In this document: positions 63,087 through 64,000 of the stretch, in pieces
How positions within the stretch are numbered: the first letter of the stretch is position 1
How the letters are laid out: the number at the start of each line of letters is the position of its first letter
Virus record (IMG/VR): IMGVR_UViG_3300028840_001835
DNA from: a virus
Lineage: Duplodnaviria; Caudoviricetes
Length of the DNA: 64,000 bases
Reading direction: 5' to 3' (one strand)
The notes under the pieces: generated by a model
What the model saw: the letters and a program-made list of their open reading frames with translations, nothing else
Databases searched by the model: none
Told to the model about the DNA's origin: nothing
Position numbers and translations under genes: made by a program

Positions 63087-63329
63087 TCACATACGCCTTT
63101 TGACGATCTTCATAAAGTCCTCGGGTATCGTACCCTGGACCCCCATTAGCCAGTAGTCGAACTTCATCTGAAGCTCCTTTGCTCCAAAATCTGTTGGGCC
63201 GCGATCTTGGATCTGACCGAATGCCTTTTTATCTTCGATGTCTTGGAGAACGCTCTCCTCGACCTGCTCCACCTGACCATCACTTATCTCTGTCCGGGGA
63301 AATTCTTTAACTGCGAATCCGAATCCCAT
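63087..63329 (-). CDS. Hypothetical protein
   Basis: 80 aa, AAAGGA RBS. Confidence 0.6.
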   Translation of the reverse strand: MGFGFAVKEFPRTEISDGQVEQVEESVLQDIEDKKAFGQIQDRGPTDFGAKELQMKFDYWLMGVQGTIPEDFMKIVKRRM

Positions 63330-63365
63330 TTTTAGTCCTTTCTCTTGATGTTAATGGTTTTGTTT

Positions 63366-63590
63366 TGGTGCCTGGGAACAGAGAAAAATAATACCAAGGA
63401 TGATAACAACTAATAAGAATGAACAACAAAAAGACCCAGCGAGCTGATTAACCACAACAACAAATTAGTGTAGGAATCGAACCTTTGCATGCCCGCTATA
63501 CGTTCATCCATTACGAGTGTAATATATTTGGTCTATCCTTCCTTTTCAGAATCCAGGACCGAAGTCCGTTCATCCTAGTTCCACAGGACT
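63366..63590 (-). ncRNA. Candidate structured ncRNA with tRNA-like D/T arms (YrlA/Y-RNA-like)
   Basis: D-like arm CGT-AATGGATGA-ACG, T arm AGG-TTCGATT-CCT, GGAC-TTCG-GTCC hairpin, U-rich loop, 3' CCCAGGCACCA. Confidence 0.45.
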
Positions 63591-63602
63591 TGAATTGAAA
63601 AA

Positions 63603-63896
63603 TTATTCTAGTGGTGAGACTAGGCTATCATAGTCGATATCAATATCGACCTTGACTTTTGCGTTACTCTCTTTGATGGTCTGGTCGATGTTGAACAGGG
63701 CCTTGTTCAGTTCAACGATCTTTCTATCGACATCCTTCACATCATAGGTAGGCTCCTCGACACGTTTCTCTTCCTGTTCCATGCCGTAGTACCTCGTCCT
63801 TGATGTACTCTGATTCTTCAGCTCGTTAAGCTGATGTACTCTCTGCTTCAATGACTTCTCCATTGAGAGCAGAGCATTGATTGATAAGTTAGCCAT
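63603..63896 (-). CDS. Coiled-coil protein (DIP1984/DUF6847-like)
   Basis: LSINALL...LKQR..QL...P.YDV..VD..I..L......I..SNA.V.V; GGAGG RBS. Confidence 0.55.
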   Translation of the reverse strand: MANLSINALLSMEKSLKQRVHQLNELKNQSTSRTRYYGMEQEEKRVEEPTYDVKDVDRKIVELNKALFNIDQTIKESNAKVKVDIDIDYDSLVSPLE

Positions 63897-63933
63897 TTGT
63901 TCCTCCTTTTTTGGCTATGATAATTCTATTGAA

Positions 63934-63961
63934 AATATAGTAAAGTTTTTAAGTCTGTCAA
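63934..63961 (-). promoter_or_regulatory. Promoter class A (TTGACA-N16-TATATT)
   Basis: AATATAGTA...TGTCAA on the + strand. Confidence 0.8.
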
Positions 63962-64000
63962 CCTTCATGGTCATACGGAAGGTCTGGTATTGGTAAAACG

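Noticed and set aside
63366-63590. tmRNA or a fifth ordinary tRNA
   Set aside because: The T arm is about 100 nt from the CCA end, with no G3-U70 acceptor and no proper anticodon arm; kept only as a ncRNA candidate.
1-64000. CRISPR array, inteins or group I introns, transposases, stop-codon recoding
   Set aside because: No regularly spaced direct repeats. PolB, helicase and RNR are normal length and uninterrupted. Genes end in TAA, TAG and TGA without fragmentation, and no suppressor tRNA is present.

Overview
A 64-kb segment of a large T4-like dsDNA phage (likely a jumbo myovirus, standard genetic code, probably a Gram-negative host given lipoproteins and a Tat-type signal). 1-27.3 kb: replication core (PolB gp43, UvsX, gp41, gp33?-gp59-gp32, gp61, RuvC-like resolvase, RNase H, class II RNR, gp45/44/62) interleaved with DNA/sugar-modification genes and a small lysis cassette. 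27.9-36.4 kb: a late-promoter array of 11 genes that all begin with a T4 capsid-targeting-like sequence (M-x-F...L/I-x-E). It includes a CCA-adding enzyme, a NUDIX hydrolase, an AAA ATPase, two PD-(D/E)xK-like proteins and an ART-like protein. 36.5-64 kb: early/middle accessory genes (MoxR-VWA, Rnl1, Rnl2, Thg1, Pnk, PolX-SWIM, Mesh1-like HD protein, sigma-70-family factor, GME-like epimerase, MBD4-like glycosylase), four tRNAs and a candidate Y-RNA-like ncRNA. The two strongest signals are (1) two C5-cytosine MTase paralogues, both with motif X Asn replaced by Arg (GRAVPP), next to a CmoA-like carboxy-SAM synthase, suggesting a 5-carboxymethylcytosine DNA-modification system, and (2) the array of putative capsid-packaged, co-injected enzymes. 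All calls come from motif recognition by eye; no database searches were run.
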